Origin: Dicyema japonicum
Taxonomy: Eukaryota; Animalia; Dicyemida
Direction of reading: 5' to 3'
NCBI GenBank assembly: GCA_011109175.1
Contig: RDEW01000045.1
Span: forward strand, 45,067-109,066
Length of the DNA: 64,000 nucleotides
Made by a program: the position numbers and the translations under genes. The notes under the pieces were generated by a model. The model was not told where the DNA came from and searched no databases. It was given only the letters and a program-made list of their open reading frames with translations. Shown piece by piece: positions 63,232 through 64,000 of this stretch. How positions within the stretch are numbered: position 1 is the first letter of the stretch; each line of letters begins with the position of its first letter.

Positions 63232-64000
63232 TTAACATGAAAGTAATTTAATCAATTCTTCGATAGAACATTTAATTCCATTATCTACAAAATCGCAAAG
63301 ATAATTCTCCACAAAGTCCTCAAGCATCTTCTCAGTCCAACAAGACGAGTCTTCCTCATTACATCAAATACAGACATTCCACTACCAGACTTCAAAAGGC
63401 CAATAATAACCCCACTAATAAACTGAACATGTCGATCCCCAATATTTAGAAAGTTAATATGCTAATCTAACAAAAACACCCAACCTTCAGAACAGAGACC
63501 ACCGAAAGCTGTCCAGAACTCACAAAAAACACACACAAGTCAGCAAAGTTAGAAATACTCCCACCAAATGAACCAATGTCCTCCATCTTATCCCCCAAAA
63601 GCAGCTTAAACCGAATCTATGTTAGAGTACAGAAACAACCAAAAAATCCCGCTTAAACTGAAAGAGGGAATTCAGCAAATGAGCATAGTACGGGTTGTAT
63701 TCCCTTTCTCGCAAACAACAGTGGACTACCACGGACACAATCTGCCCGTCCACCTTCTCATTGATTGTCAGTCGTCTGAGTTTCTCGAAGGCGTCAAGAA
63801 AATCCTCAAATAAACAACAACACAACCTCACTGCTCATTACCAAACAGAAAATAGTCTTCTCAACCTGTGACCTCAAATTCTGTCTCCCTGCTGCAGCCA
63901 ATAGTCTATCACTGAACTCAAATCCAGCCAAAGACGCCAAATTCAGATCACCTGGGCTCTCAATATTCTCTGTAATGCTCAATATCAGCTCCAATGGTTG
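63232..64000 (-). CDS. NOM1: Nucleolar MIF4G/MA3 protein NOM1 (Sgd1), 3' part; gene runs off the window
   Basis: LLAAAGRQNLRSQVEKTIFCLVMSSE|DFLDAFEKLRRL...IVSVVVHCCLREREYNPYYAHL (MA3 domain). The exact stop is uncertain, about 63232-63290. Confidence 0.85.

Noticed and set aside
1-64000. CRISPR array, prokaryotic operons, or a non-standard genetic code
   Set aside because: No repeat-spacer structure; the genes are spliceosomal and metazoan; TAA, TAG and TGA all serve as stops.

Overview
Eukaryotic, metazoan nuclear DNA in the standard genetic code (it carries a PBX TALE homeobox gene). The genes are extremely compact: almost every intron I could delimit is 21-26 nt GT-AG. This points to a highly reduced parasite such as a dicyemid mesozoan, but the taxon is my inference. 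Host genes reconstructed by hand: a minimal reprolysin (M12B) metalloprotease, ABCB7/ATM1 and PPOX tail-to-tail, a cathepsin L-like protease, PRORP (MRPP3), RPL13, a truncated GNL3-like 5' fragment, SCYL1, PBX, KDSR and the 3' part of NOM1. One or two unidentified membrane-protein genes lie at about 12.5-14 kb. Most intergenic DNA is decayed mobile elements: jockey-like APE LINEs, RTE LINEs, CRE-like RLE retrotransposons, Penelope-like relics, hAT, pogo/Tigger, Ginger-like integrase transposons and two SINE-like families. Most notable: a TIR-bounded Ginger-like transposon carrying a degenerate TTAGGG-like array; two SINE-like families whose 3' ends match two different LINE families; the 22-nt gap between the ABCB7 and PPOX stop codons; and a prodomain-less, putatively GPI-anchored reprolysin. 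Several conserved genes are one base short in homopolymer runs, most likely from assembly error. All assignments come from motif recognition by eye; no database searches were run, and mobile-element boundaries are approximate.
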